Below are positions 55,451 to 64,000 of a DNA stretch of 64,000 bases, piece by piece (position 1 is the stretch's first letter; each line of letters opens with the position of its first letter). Source of the DNA: Chloroflexota bacterium (GTDB lineage Bacteria > Chloroflexota > Dehalococcoidia > Lucifugimonadales > UBA3495); the NCBI GenBank assembly GCA_009837355.1, contig VXTR01000052.1, positions 8,600-72,599 on the forward strand. Direction: 5' to 3'. The translations under genes were made by a program, and so were the position numbers. The notes beneath the pieces were generated by a model that did no database searches, was not told the DNA's origin, and was given only the letters and a program-made list of their open reading frames with translations.

Positions 55451-56731
55451 CTACCCCGCCGGTATCACGTCAAACCCCGTATAGGGCCGCAGCGCTTCCG
55501 GTATCACCACCGACCCGTCGGGCTGCTGGTTGTTCTCCAGGATGGCGATGATGACCCGCGGCAGCGCCAGGCCGGAGCCGTTCAGCGTGTGCACGAAGCG
55601 GGGCCGCTCCCCCGCCGCCGGACGGTAGCGGATGTTGGCCCGCCGCGCCTGGAAGTCGGTGCAGTTGGAGCACGACGACACTTCCAGCCACTCCTGCGAA
55701 CCGGCTGCCCACACCTCGATGTCGTAGGACTTGGTCGAGGGGAACGAGATGTCGCCGGCGCACAGCTGCAGGATGCGGTAGGGCAGGTTCAGCCGCTGGC
55801 ACACGGCTTCGGCGTTGCCCAGCAGCGACTCCAGCTCGTCGAAGGAGGTCTCCGGCGCGACGAACTTGTACATCTCCACCTTGTTGAACTGATGCACCCG
55901 CTTGATGCCCCGGGTGTCCCGGCCGGCCGCCGCTTTCTCCCGCCGGAAGCAGGGCGTCTGCGCCACGTAGTACCGGGGCAGCTCGTCGGCGGACAGGATT
56001 TCGTCCCGGTGCAGGTTGGTAACCGGCACCTCGGCGGTGGGTATCAGCCAGAGGTCATCCTCGTCGTCGTGGTACAGGTTGTCGGCGAACAGCGGCAGGT
56101 TGCCCGAGCCTTCCATGGTCTCCCGGCGCACCAGGATGGGCAGGGCCATTTCAGTGTAGCCGTGCTCCCGGCCGTGCAGGTCCAGCATCCACGAGATGAT
56201 CGCCCGCTCCAAGCGCGCCCCGTAGCCGTTGAAAGTGTAGAACCGGCTCCCCGACAGCTTGACCCCCCGCTGGAAGTCGATGATGCCCAGCCGCTCGGCG
56301 ATGTCCCAGTGGGGCTGCGCCTCAAAATCCAGCTGGGTCGGCTCGCCCCAGTGGCGCAACACGACGTTGGCGGTCTCGTCGATGCCGTCGGGGGTGCTGG
56401 CGTCGGGCAGGTTGGGCAGGGCCATCATGGCGTCGTTGATTTGCGCGTCCAGCGAGCGTACTTCGTCCTCAAGCTCGCTGATGCGGCGGCCAACGTCGCG
56501 CATCTGGGCCACCACATCGTCCGGAGGCTGTTGCCCCTGCGACCGCGCCTGCCCGATTTCCCGTGACACCTGGTTGCGCCGCGCGCGGAGTTCGTCGCCC
56601 TCGGTTACGGCGACGCGACGCCGGGCGTCCATCGCGAGTATGTCGTCCAGGCAGTCCTCGTCCTCGGCCCGTCTGACCAGGGCGGCGCGCACGGTGTCGG
56701 GATCGCTGCGAATCTGTTCAATGGAAAGCAT
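55451..56731 (-). CDS. serS: Seryl-tRNA synthetase
   Basis: 426 aa with an N-terminal coiled-coil arm and class II motifs ('YVAQTPCFRREKAAAGRDTRGIKRVHQFNKVE', 'HTLNGSGLALPR'). Confidence 0.94.
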   Translation of the reverse strand: MLSIEQIRSDPDTVRAALVRRAEDEDCLDDILAMDARRRVAVTEGDELRARRNQVSREIGQARSQGQQPPDDVVAQMRDVGRRISELEDEVRSLDAQINDAMMALPNLPDASTPDGIDETANVVLRHWGEPTQLDFEAQPHWDIAERLGIIDFQRGVKLSGSRFYTFNGYGARLERAIISWMLDLHGREHGYTEMALPILVRRETMEGSGNLPLFADNLYHDDEDDLWLIPTAEVPVTNLHRDEILSADELPRYYVAQTPCFRREKAAAGRDTRGIKRVHQFNKVEMYKFVAPETSFDELESLLGNAEAVCQRLNLPYRILQLCAGDISFPSTKSYDIEVWAAGSQEWLEVSSCSNCTDFQARRANIRYRPAAGERPRFVHTLNGSGLALPRVIIAILENNQQPDGSVVIPEALRPYTGFDVIPAG

Positions 56732-56776
56732 AAAAAACTGCTGCTCGTCAGTATCAGGGATTCGTCGCTGTAGCGA

Positions 56777-58345
56777 TCACCCGTCGTTATCGTCGGGTGT
56801 GCCAGCGTTTCCGGCCTCGCCGGACAGGGAACGCATCTGCGGGAATAGTAGCACATCGCGGATGGTGGACTGCCCCGTGAGCAGCATCACCAGCCGGTCG
56901 ATGCCGATGCCCAACCCGCCCGTCGGTGGCATTCCGTACTCCAGGGCGGTGAGGAAGTCGGCGTCGGTGCGGTCGGCCTCCTCATTGCCGTAGGCGTCCC
57001 GCTGGTGTTCCTGGGCGGCGAACCTCGCCCGCTGCACTTCGGGGTCGTTCAGCTCGGTGTAGGAGTTGGCGATCTCCATGCCGGCGGCGAAGGCTTCAAA
57101 CCGCTCGACATAACCGGGCTTGTCGGGGTGCCCCTTGGCCAGCGGCGACATATCCTCGGGATAGTCCAGCAGGAAGGACGGCTGAATCAGGTTCGGCTCC
57201 ACGTACACTGACAGCATCTTGTCAATCAGCCGTCCCCGTGCCTCTCTCGGGCCCGGCTGCAGCCCCAGGTCCTGGGCCACCCGCGTCAGCGATTCGGCGT
57301 CGGGGTAATCCTCGATGTCGATGCCGCTGCGCCGTAGCAGTTCCTCCCGCAGCGAAAGGCGCGCCCATGGCGGAGTGAAGTCAATCAGATGGTCGCCCAT
57401 GGCTATCTGCATACTGCCGTGCACGTCCTGCGCCAGCGTGGACACCAGAGATTCAACCATCTCCATAACGACGTTGTAGTCGGCGTAGGCTTCGTAAGAT
57501 TCCAGCAGTGTGAACTCCGGGTTGTGGTCCTGGTCGATCCCTTCGTTGCGGAATACCCGGCCGATTTCAAACACCTTGTCCAGGCCGCCGACGATGAGCC
57601 GCTTCAGGTACAGCTCGGTGGCGATGCGCAGGTACAGCCGCTCGTCCAGCGCGTTGTGATGAGTGGTGAACGGACGGGCGTGGGCGCCGGCCGGGATGGG
57701 CACCAGGATGGGCGTGTCAACCTCAACGAAGCCGCGGTTGTCCAGAAAGCGGCGGATGCCGCTGATGATGCGGCTGCGCTGCACAAACGTGTCGGCTACT
57801 TCCGGGTTGGCGATGAGGTCCAGGTATCGCTGGCGGTAGCGAGTTTCCACGTCGCGCAGGCCGTGCCATTTTTCAGGCAGGGGACGCATCCCCTTGGCCA
57901 GGATGGTCAACGAATGGGCCTCAATGGTCACCTGGCCGGTGCGCGTGCGTATCATGTTGCCGGTGACGCCAAGAAAATCGCCTAGGTCAAGATCGGACAG
58001 TAGGGCGTAGTCCTCGCCCAACACGTTCTGCCGCAGCATCGTCTGCACCACGCCGGAAGCGTCCCGCAGGTCCAGGAAGGCGGCGCGCCCCATCACCCGC
58101 ATGGACACGATGCGACCGGCCAGGTTCAAACCGCTGGCGGCGTCGGGCTGCTCCGCGGCTTCGGCGGCCTCGAAGCGGGCGATGGCCTCGGCGGCGGTGC
58201 TGGCGCGCTGGAAACGGGGCGGGTAAGGGTCGATGCCGCGTTCCCGAATGCGTTCCAACTTGGCGCGGCGGCTCTCCAGGTTTGCCTCGAGGCTACTCAG
58301 GTTATCAATAGTATCGGTTCGAGAAAGTTCGTTTTGGTCAGGCAT
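56777..58345 (-). CDS. lysS: Lysyl-tRNA synthetase (class II)
   Basis: OB anticodon-binding domain 'LAGRIVSMRVMGRAAFLDLRDASG', class II core and 'GIDRLVMLLTGQSTIRDVLLFPQMR'. ATG 58345 preferred over TTG 58369. Short acidic C-terminal tail. Confidence 0.93.
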   Translation of the reverse strand: MPDQNELSRTDTIDNLSSLEANLESRRAKLERIRERGIDPYPPRFQRASTAAEAIARFEAAEAAEQPDAASGLNLAGRIVSMRVMGRAAFLDLRDASGVVQTMLRQNVLGEDYALLSDLDLGDFLGVTGNMIRTRTGQVTIEAHSLTILAKGMRPLPEKWHGLRDVETRYRQRYLDLIANPEVADTFVQRSRIISGIRRFLDNRGFVEVDTPILVPIPAGAHARPFTTHHNALDERLYLRIATELYLKRLIVGGLDKVFEIGRVFRNEGIDQDHNPEFTLLESYEAYADYNVVMEMVESLVSTLAQDVHGSMQIAMGDHLIDFTPPWARLSLREELLRRSGIDIEDYPDAESLTRVAQDLGLQPGPREARGRLIDKMLSVYVEPNLIQPSFLLDYPEDMSPLAKGHPDKPGYVERFEAFAAGMEIANSYTELNDPEVQRARFAAQEHQRDAYGNEEADRTDADFLTALEYGMPPTGGLGIGIDRLVMLLTGQSTIRDVLLFPQMRSLSGEAGNAGTPDDNDG

Positions 58346-58556
58346 GGGCACGTCTTGGGCAGCGTCCAAACGCCGCCGGTTGGAAATGGCGTTTATGCTG
58401 TGGTGGCGAGTTTAGATTATAAAGCAAAACCGCTAAACTACGCAGGTTCACCAATAGTCAAGCAGCGGCTAACACGACTACAATTGCTGCGACATCCCGG
58501 TTGGCACAATCAGCCCCAACCGGGAACACGGCGACGTCAGCACTGGAGGTGCGACG

Positions 58557-59159
58557 ATGATTCAACGAATGATTGGTGCGGCGTTCTTCAACCGCAATAC
58601 CTACGAGGAAATCGAAGCCGACCAGGGCGCGTTGGGCCAGGCCATCGGCGTGGTGCTGCTGGTAACGCTGTGCGGCATCGTCGGCGGCGTCATCGGAGGG
58701 ATTATTCAAGGCGAATCCCTCGGCCTGGGCATTCTCCTGGGCATCATCGGCGGGTTCGTGTTCGGCATCGTCCGCTGGGCGCTCTGGGTGTCGGTGATGT
58801 ATCTGGTGGGCGGCAAGATGCTGCGCACCAGCGACACCGAAACCAGTTGGTCTGAAGTGGGACGCGTCGTGGGTTTCGCCTATACGCCCGGTGTGTTGTC
58901 GCTGTTCACTTTTGTCCCAGCCATAGGCGGACTATTCGGGCTGGTGGCATTTGTCTGGCAAGTATCGGCAGTGGTAGTAGCGGTGCGCCAGGCGATGGAT
59001 TTCGAGTCCACTGGCCGGGCCATCGGGGTGGTGCTGCTTTCCGCAGTCATCGGCTTCATCCCGTGGGTGATCATCGTCGTCATTCAATGGTCGATTCTCG
59101 GCGGGCCCGAAGCTCAGGAGGTCGAGAGCGCGGTGCGCACCTTGCTCGCTCTGGTCTGA
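58557..59159 (+). CDS. Yip1-domain membrane protein
   Basis: 200 aa. 'FFNRNTYEEIEADQGALGQAIGVVLL' N-terminus plus 5 hydrophobic segments. Confidence 0.7.
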   Translation: MIQRMIGAAFFNRNTYEEIEADQGALGQAIGVVLLVTLCGIVGGVIGGIIQGESLGLGILLGIIGGFVFGIVRWALWVSVMYLVGGKMLRTSDTETSWSEVGRVVGFAYTPGVLSLFTFVPAIGGLFGLVAFVWQVSAVVVAVRQAMDFESTGRAIGVVLLSAVIGFIPWVIIVVIQWSILGGPEAQEVESAVRTLLALV

Positions 59160-59196
59160 CGGTACAGCGTGGAGAGGTGAGCGGGATAGGATAGAT

Positions 59197-60471
59197 TTAC
59201 AACAATCCCGCCCAACCGAAAATCCAACCCAGGACGCCGGCGCCGATAATCACCAGCGGCGCCGGCGCTCGGAAAAACATCACCGACCCGAAGGCCAGCA
59301 GCGCAATCACCGCTCCGGCGGCGCTGGGGTCGGCCCGCTCCCACAGCAGGAACACCACGCCTACCACCAGGCCGATGGCGGTAGCATTGACCCCAGTCAG
59401 CGCTATCCTGACCCACGGATAGCGCCGCACCTGCTCCCAGAAAGGCAACACCCCGAAGATTATCAGCACGCCCGGTAGGAACAAGCCCACAAAGGCCAGC
59501 AGCAGCCCGGTAACGCCGCCGGCTACCGCCCCCAGGTAAGCGCTGAAGCTGAACAGCGGGCCGGGCAGCGCCAGCATCAGGGCCAACCCGTCTAGGAACT
59601 GCTGCTCCGTTACCCAGCCGGGTTCCACCACCTCGGCGCTTAGCATGGGCAATACCACCTGCCCGCCGCCGAAAATCAGCGAACCGGTGCGGTAAAAGGA
59701 CTCCAGGACTTGTAGCCACGACCAGTCCAGCGCCAGCCGCGCCAGGATCAGCCCGCCCAGCAACCCGAAGAACACTAGCAGCAGCAGGGCGCCGGCCACC
59801 CGCGAGATTCCCAGGTTGTCCAGGGGGGTGCTGCCCGACCGGTCAACCGCATCGTGTCGCTGGGAGCGCAGGGCCACCGCCGTTACCATCCCGCCCAGGG
59901 CCAGGGTAGCCGGAAAGGCCCAGGGTTGGCGCACCAGTATGGTTACCACTGCCCCCAACAGCATCAGGCCCATGGTCAGCTTGGTGTTGACCACTGCCGT
60001 GCCCAGCCGCCAGGCCGCCACTGCCACCAGGGCTACCGTGGCCGGCTGTACTCCGTCCAGCCACTGCGGGCGTCCACCTTCGTCCAGAAAAGTGGCTACG
60101 CCCAGGCCGGCCAGGGCCATTATCGTCGCCGCCGGATACAGGAAGAGCAGAAAAGCCAGCAACCCGCCCAGCGGCCCGGCCCGGGCCGTACCCACGGCCA
60201 CCACCATCTGGGTTGAGGTCGGGCCGGGCAATCCCTGTCCCAGACCCAGAAGTTCCACGAAGCGCTGTTCGTCCAGCCAGCGCCGCCTCGCCACGAAACG
60301 CTCCTGCAACAGGGAGATGTGCGCTTGCGGCCCCCCGAAGGCAATCCAGCCCAGCGGCAGGAAGGCCCAGGCGACCTCGGCCAGCCGGCGGCCCAGCGAG
60401 GGGGCAGGCTCAGGGTTTGCAGCTAGTTCTTCCATCTCACGCCTTAGAACAGGACGCTTGCTGCTCTCCAC
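59197..60471 (-). CDS. chrA: Chromate transporter ChrA (two CHR domains)
   Basis: 'LGWIAFGGPQAHISLLQERFVARRRWLDEQRFVELLGLGQGLPGPTSTQM' and a second homologous half. Alternative start ATG 60435 avoids the overlap with the upstream gene. Confidence 0.85.
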   Translation of the reverse strand: MESSKRPVLRREMEELAANPEPAPSLGRRLAEVAWAFLPLGWIAFGGPQAHISLLQERFVARRRWLDEQRFVELLGLGQGLPGPTSTQMVVAVGTARAGPLGGLLAFLLFLYPAATIMALAGLGVATFLDEGGRPQWLDGVQPATVALVAVAAWRLGTAVVNTKLTMGLMLLGAVVTILVRQPWAFPATLALGGMVTAVALRSQRHDAVDRSGSTPLDNLGISRVAGALLLLVFFGLLGGLILARLALDWSWLQVLESFYRTGSLIFGGGQVVLPMLSAEVVEPGWVTEQQFLDGLALMLALPGPLFSFSAYLGAVAGGVTGLLLAFVGLFLPGVLIIFGVLPFWEQVRRYPWVRIALTGVNATAIGLVVGVVFLLWERADPSAAGAVIALLAFGSVMFFRAPAPLVIIGAGVLGWIFGWAGLL

Positions 60472-61286
60472 ATCATCATGCAGCCGGATGCAGTGAGCAG
60501 GGTGCCCATGACCAGCAGCAGCAGGTTGACGCTGATCCTGCCCGTATATTTGGCGCCCATGTAACTGCCCACCACTGCCGGCGCCAGCAATATTATCAAG
60601 AGCGGCAAGTCCGGACGAGTGTGCAGTACATGGCCCAGCCAGCCCAGCGCTCCCATTGTCATGCCGATAAACAGGTTGCTGCCGGCGGCAATTCGCGGGT
60701 CAACCCGCAGCACCCTGATGATCAGCGGGAGCCTGATGGAACCCAACACCAGCCCAATCGCCCCGGCCAGCAACCCGATCCCGAAGCTCGCGCCAGCGCC
60801 CCCGACGGTTCGCGCAATAGTGAATTGCCCTGCCGAACCTTCCAGTTGGTCCTCTCCCGGCCGATCTGAGCGGGCATCCCTGCGTCTCCGGTATGCCAAC
60901 AACGCCAACTCTACGCCCTGCCACAAGATGAGGACGCCGGCCAGCGCAATGAGTAGGTTGGTCGGCGCTTGATTGCTGAAGTATCCGCCCAGGAACCCGG
61001 CGACAAATGCCGGCACGCCAATGATGGCAACCAACAGCAGCTTGACCCGGCCGTCCCGGAAGTGTCGATAACTGCCGGTGATGCCGACCACGCTGCTGAC
61101 AAATATATTGGCGCTGGCGGCCACTGGCAGCGGTACGCCCAGCATCAGCATTGCCGGCAGCCGCATGGTGCCCAAGGACAGGCCAATCAGTCCACCGAGC
61201 AACCCGATGAAGAGGGACAGCGCCAGCAGCAGCGCGCCCAGCCAGACCGCCAGGTCTGACGGCAATCCGAAGTCAGAGAGAAGCAT
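60444..61286 (-). CDS. TauE/SafE (TSUP) family anion exporter
   Basis: 280 aa, polytopic, with an internal duplication and Gly-rich TM segments typical of TSUP. Confidence 0.75.
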   Translation of the reverse strand: MLLSDFGLPSDLAVWLGALLLALSLFIGLLGGLIGLSLGTMRLPAMLMLGVPLPVAASANIFVSSVVGITGSYRHFRDGRVKLLLVAIIGVPAFVAGFLGGYFSNQAPTNLLIALAGVLILWQGVELALLAYRRRRDARSDRPGEDQLEGSAGQFTIARTVGGAGASFGIGLLAGAIGLVLGSIRLPLIIRVLRVDPRIAAGSNLFIGMTMGALGWLGHVLHTRPDLPLLIILLAPAVVGSYMGAKYTGRISVNLLLLVMGTLLTASGCMMMWRAASVLF

Positions 61287-61334
61287 CGGCGCACCTCCCC
61301 ATCCGACCCGGCGCTATGCCGGAAAGATTGCCGG

Positions 61335-62387
61335 TCAGGGTTGCCCCACCGCCTCTGCGACGCCGACCTCTTCCATCAACTCGGAAATTTGCCGCCACGT
61401 CTCATCCTCGATGAAAATGCCGTTGGCGCGGCGGTCCTGCTCGGTGCGGAACTCGATTTCGCCCGGGTAGAACACTTCGCTGACGCCGGGGGCCGGCGGC
61501 GAAGTCTTGACGAACTCGGCGAACTCGGTCATCTCCCGCTTAAAGTCATCCAGCGGACGGAACTTGGACACGTCGAACACGGCCAGGAAGCAGCCGTCGT
61601 TGTGCCGAGCCTGCGGGTCAATGCCGAACCCCAGCCCGGTGAGCAGGCCGGAGAACATCTCCACCATGAACGACAGGCCGAAGCCCTTGTGTCCCTGGTC
61701 GGCTCCCACGGGCAGAATCGCGCCGCCGGCAGCGTAGTCGTTTGGGTCGTTGGTGGGATTGCCGTCCTTGTCCACAATCCAGCCGGTGGGCACCTGCTCG
61801 CCCCGGTTGCGCGCCAGGCTGATTTTGCCGGCGGCCACGGCTGAAGTCGCCATGTCCAGCAGCACCTGGCCGGGCAGGTTGCTGGGCACCCCGATGCAGA
61901 TGGGGTTGGTGCCCAAACGACGCGCGCGTCCGCCGAAGGGGGCCACCGCCTTGGGGCCGGCGCCGGAGTCGGCGGTGAGCAGCGCAATCATTCCTTCCTG
62001 GGCGCAAATCGTAGGGTAGTCGCCCAGCCGCCCGATGTGGCTCTGCCGGCGGATGGTGAAGGCGGCGACGCCGTTCTCCTTGGCCTTGGCGATGGCCATG
62101 CGGGTGGCCTTTTCGGTCACCACGAACCCGAACCCCCAATGGCCGTCAACTACGGCGGTAGTCGGCGTCTCACTCAGTACCTCAAAAGGCGCGCCGGGCA
62201 CGATATGGCCGCGGTCGATGCGCTCGCAGTACTCGGGAATGTGGATGCAGCCGTGAGAGTCGTGACCCACCAGGTTCGCCTTGACCTGGTGCGCGGCAAC
62301 GATTTCGGCTTCGTCGGCCGGCGTGCCCTTTGCTTGATAAATAGCGGACGCGGCCTTGTGCAGATATTCAGGAGCAAAAACGGGCAT
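61335..62387 (-). CDS. Ldh_2-family (type 2 malate/L-lactate/sulfolactate) dehydrogenase
   Basis: ATG 62387. 'VKANLVGHDSHGCIHIPEY' is characteristic of Ldh_2. 350 aa. Confidence 0.8.
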   Translation of the reverse strand: MPVFAPEYLHKAASAIYQAKGTPADEAEIVAAHQVKANLVGHDSHGCIHIPEYCERIDRGHIVPGAPFEVLSETPTTAVVDGHWGFGFVVTEKATRMAIAKAKENGVAAFTIRRQSHIGRLGDYPTICAQEGMIALLTADSGAGPKAVAPFGGRARRLGTNPICIGVPSNLPGQVLLDMATSAVAAGKISLARNRGEQVPTGWIVDKDGNPTNDPNDYAAGGAILPVGADQGHKGFGLSFMVEMFSGLLTGLGFGIDPQARHNDGCFLAVFDVSKFRPLDDFKREMTEFAEFVKTSPPAPGVSEVFYPGEIEFRTEQDRRANGIFIEDETWRQISELMEEVGVAEAVGQP

Positions 62388-62473
62388 GGGAGAGCCTCCG
62401 TTGGGCGTATCAGCATGGATTGACAAGATGGAGGGGATTGTAGCAGGAAATTGCAAACCCGGTGGGGCGCCCG

Positions 62474-63064
62474 TTAGTCTGTCAGTAGTCGTTCCACCTC
62501 ACGACAAAAGCGGTTGAAAGAATGGGAACGGCTACGGGCGAGGGAAACGTCAATGGCACTGGAAAATGCAGCTTGATCGTCTGTTTCTTTGTATCTCCTG
62601 TTAAGCACGTTTCGCTCTAGCCATTCCTTGGGGTTTCTGATTTCCTCAATGTTCGACGGTATCTGAAAAGCGGCGTCAGATCCGACGTGGTGGGCAATTG
62701 ATTCAGAACTCGCTATGAACCAGGTTTCATACTCCCTATTGGCCACAATGACTGAAGAGGGATTATCTGGGAATCGGGATTGAATTCTTTGCAACAACTG
62801 CGTTCCGAGTTCGGCAGGACAGCTATCGTCGGCATCCAAGACGACCATTAACTTCGCAGTTGGTCCACCTTCTTTGATCGCCATTTCAGAATAACGCTCG
62901 AGTTCCCCGGGCGCATTTACCAACATACCCCAAGGAACCCGGAATGGCTTAGAAATCACCGGGTAAATTCCCGACCCTATAGCAGATAGTATTGTAGAGA
63001 GCAAAACACGGAGGGCGACCTCCTCTCCGTGACCTTCAACTATGGATGCGATAACAACTGGCAT
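62474..63064 (-). CDS. DUF4276-family protein (Toprim-like partner of an ABC-type ATPase)
   Basis: 196 aa. 'VVIASIVEGHGEEVALRVLL', 'MVVLDADD' and 'REYETWFIAS' match my memory of the DUF4276 pattern. AT-richer than the bulk of the window. Starts 4 nt after the ATPase stop. Confidence 0.65.
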   Translation of the reverse strand: MPVVIASIVEGHGEEVALRVLLSTILSAIGSGIYPVISKPFRVPWGMLVNAPGELERYSEMAIKEGGPTAKLMVVLDADDSCPAELGTQLLQRIQSRFPDNPSSVIVANREYETWFIASSESIAHHVGSDAAFQIPSNIEEIRNPKEWLERNVLNRRYKETDDQAAFSSAIDVSLARSRSHSFNRFCREVERLLTD

Positions 63065-63068
63065 ATCG

Positions 63069-64000
63069 TCATACCAGCCGGCCAGTGAAATCTGCTAAGG
63101 ATTCTAGTGACTTCTCAGTTGGCGTCAGTCTTTTCTGGCGCAGCAACTCCCCCGGCGTCGCTAATCGCTCACGTATGAGTTGGCGGCTACTTTCAATAAC
63201 CGGCCCGATTTCAGTCCGGCCGGCATCACTGTCGGTCGCCAAAATTGAGTTGATGGGAATGTCCTTGCGGTCAAGCAGGTCTGGGCCATGGGTAGTTACA
63301 AGCACCTGCGCCCTGTCTTGTCCATCCATCAGCGCATCCCACAAAATGCCCGCTGCCGCTGGATGCAGGGCGATTTCCGGCTCTTCTATGCCGATCAGCG
63401 ATGGCGAATCGCCATCACCTTGCAGCAGGGCAGTGAGCACTGCCAAGGCACGCAAGGTCCCATCTGACATATTGATGGCTGGAAACCTCCAGGGGGATTT
63501 CTGTCCGGCGACTTGCTGCCGGAATTGGAGAGTTTCCAGGTTGCCAATCGCAATACGTTCCACACTCTGAACGCCGGGGGTTACCTGACGAAGATATTTC
63601 TGGATGAGTTGATGGCTGGGCGCATTTCGCTTTTCCAGCGCGGCCAGGACGCCGGCGAGATTATGCCCGTCCGATTCCAATATGTACCCTGGGTCGGGAG
63701 ATTGTGGGGAGCGCATGACGTCCGGTGAAAAACTGTAAAAGGCCATGTCGGTTAGCGCGTCGTACACTGGCCGAAACTCGTCAATGTTGCTGGCGCTGAC
63801 GAGGAATAGGCGGTCTAAGGCCGGTCGTGGCAACTGCACCTCAATATTAGTATCAGCTATCTTGCCTTCCTTAACTACAAAGCGCATCGGAGTGCCCAAG
63901 GCATCGGCGCTTCCTATCTCGCAGGTCTCGTTGAGAACGGAAAAACCGCCATTGCTTTGCGATGTCACTTCAAAACCATATTTACCCTGCTTCATTCCAC
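63069..64000 (-). CDS. ABC/AAA_21-type ATPase, C-terminal part (N-terminus beyond window)
   Basis: 'MSDGTLRALAVLTALLQ' (signature-like), 'LIGIEEPEIALHP' (Walker B) and 'VLVTTHGPDLLD' (H-loop). No Walker A is visible, so the gene continues past nt 64000. Confidence 0.75.
   Translation of the reverse strand, partial: GMKQGKYGFEVTSQSNGGFSVLNETCEIGSADALGTPMRFVVKEGKIADTNIEVQLPRPALDRLFLVSASNIDEFRPVYDALTDMAFYSFSPDVMRSPQSPDPGYILESDGHNLAGVLAALEKRNAPSHQLIQKYLRQVTPGVQSVERIAIGNLETLQFRQQVAGQKSPWRFPAINMSDGTLRALAVLTALLQGDGDSPSLIGIEEPEIALHPAAAGILWDALMDGQDRAQVLVTTHGPDLLDRKDIPINSILATDSDAGRTEIGPVIESSRQLIRERLATPGELLRQKRLTPTEKSLESLADFTGRLV

Overview
GC-rich bacterial chromosomal segment. All GC statements here are by eye, not computed. 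It is densely coded, with about 65 credible genes. I recognised no rRNA, tRNA, CRISPR array, transposase or integrase. Housekeeping anchors are dnaG-rpoD, glmU, asd-dapB, serS-lysS, surE and rpiB. The rest is mostly accessory redox and hydrolase genes: a form-II coxSLM-like molybdoenzyme plus an orphan Mo large subunit, two tandem amidases, three VOC proteins, two PIG-L deacetylases, an F420:NADP reductase, an LLM oxidoreductase, an ADH, and a thiolase with a DUF35 partner. The F420/LLM/PIG-L-rich content and GGAGG-type ribosome-binding sites would fit Chloroflexota or Actinomycetota, but that is only inference. Main second-look items: (1) an Rdx/SelW-like selenoprotein whose N-terminus, with a C-V-P-U motif at an in-frame TGA, is missed by the ORF track; (2) a nitrile-hydratase-like enzyme encoded as three separate genes (alpha, beta-N, beta-C) in one minus-strand cluster with two DSD1-type PLP enzymes (one lacking the PLP lysine) and a NodB-type deacetylase; (3) a visibly lower-GC three-gene insertion (unknown 286 aa, unknown 368 aa, PIN toxin) lying exactly between the beta-N and beta-C genes; (4) HicA with a HicB-TPR fusion, and a tandem pair of HicB-like/zinc-ribbon paralogs with no HicA; (5) a lower-GC DUF4276 plus ABC-type ATPase pair running off the right edge; (6) a sortase-like protein with all three catalytic residues replaced; (7) a secreted plant-type LRR protein coupled to a CYTH gene; (8) a short hairpin repeat family with one copy inside a coding region. 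All function calls rest on motif recognition from memory. No searches were run.
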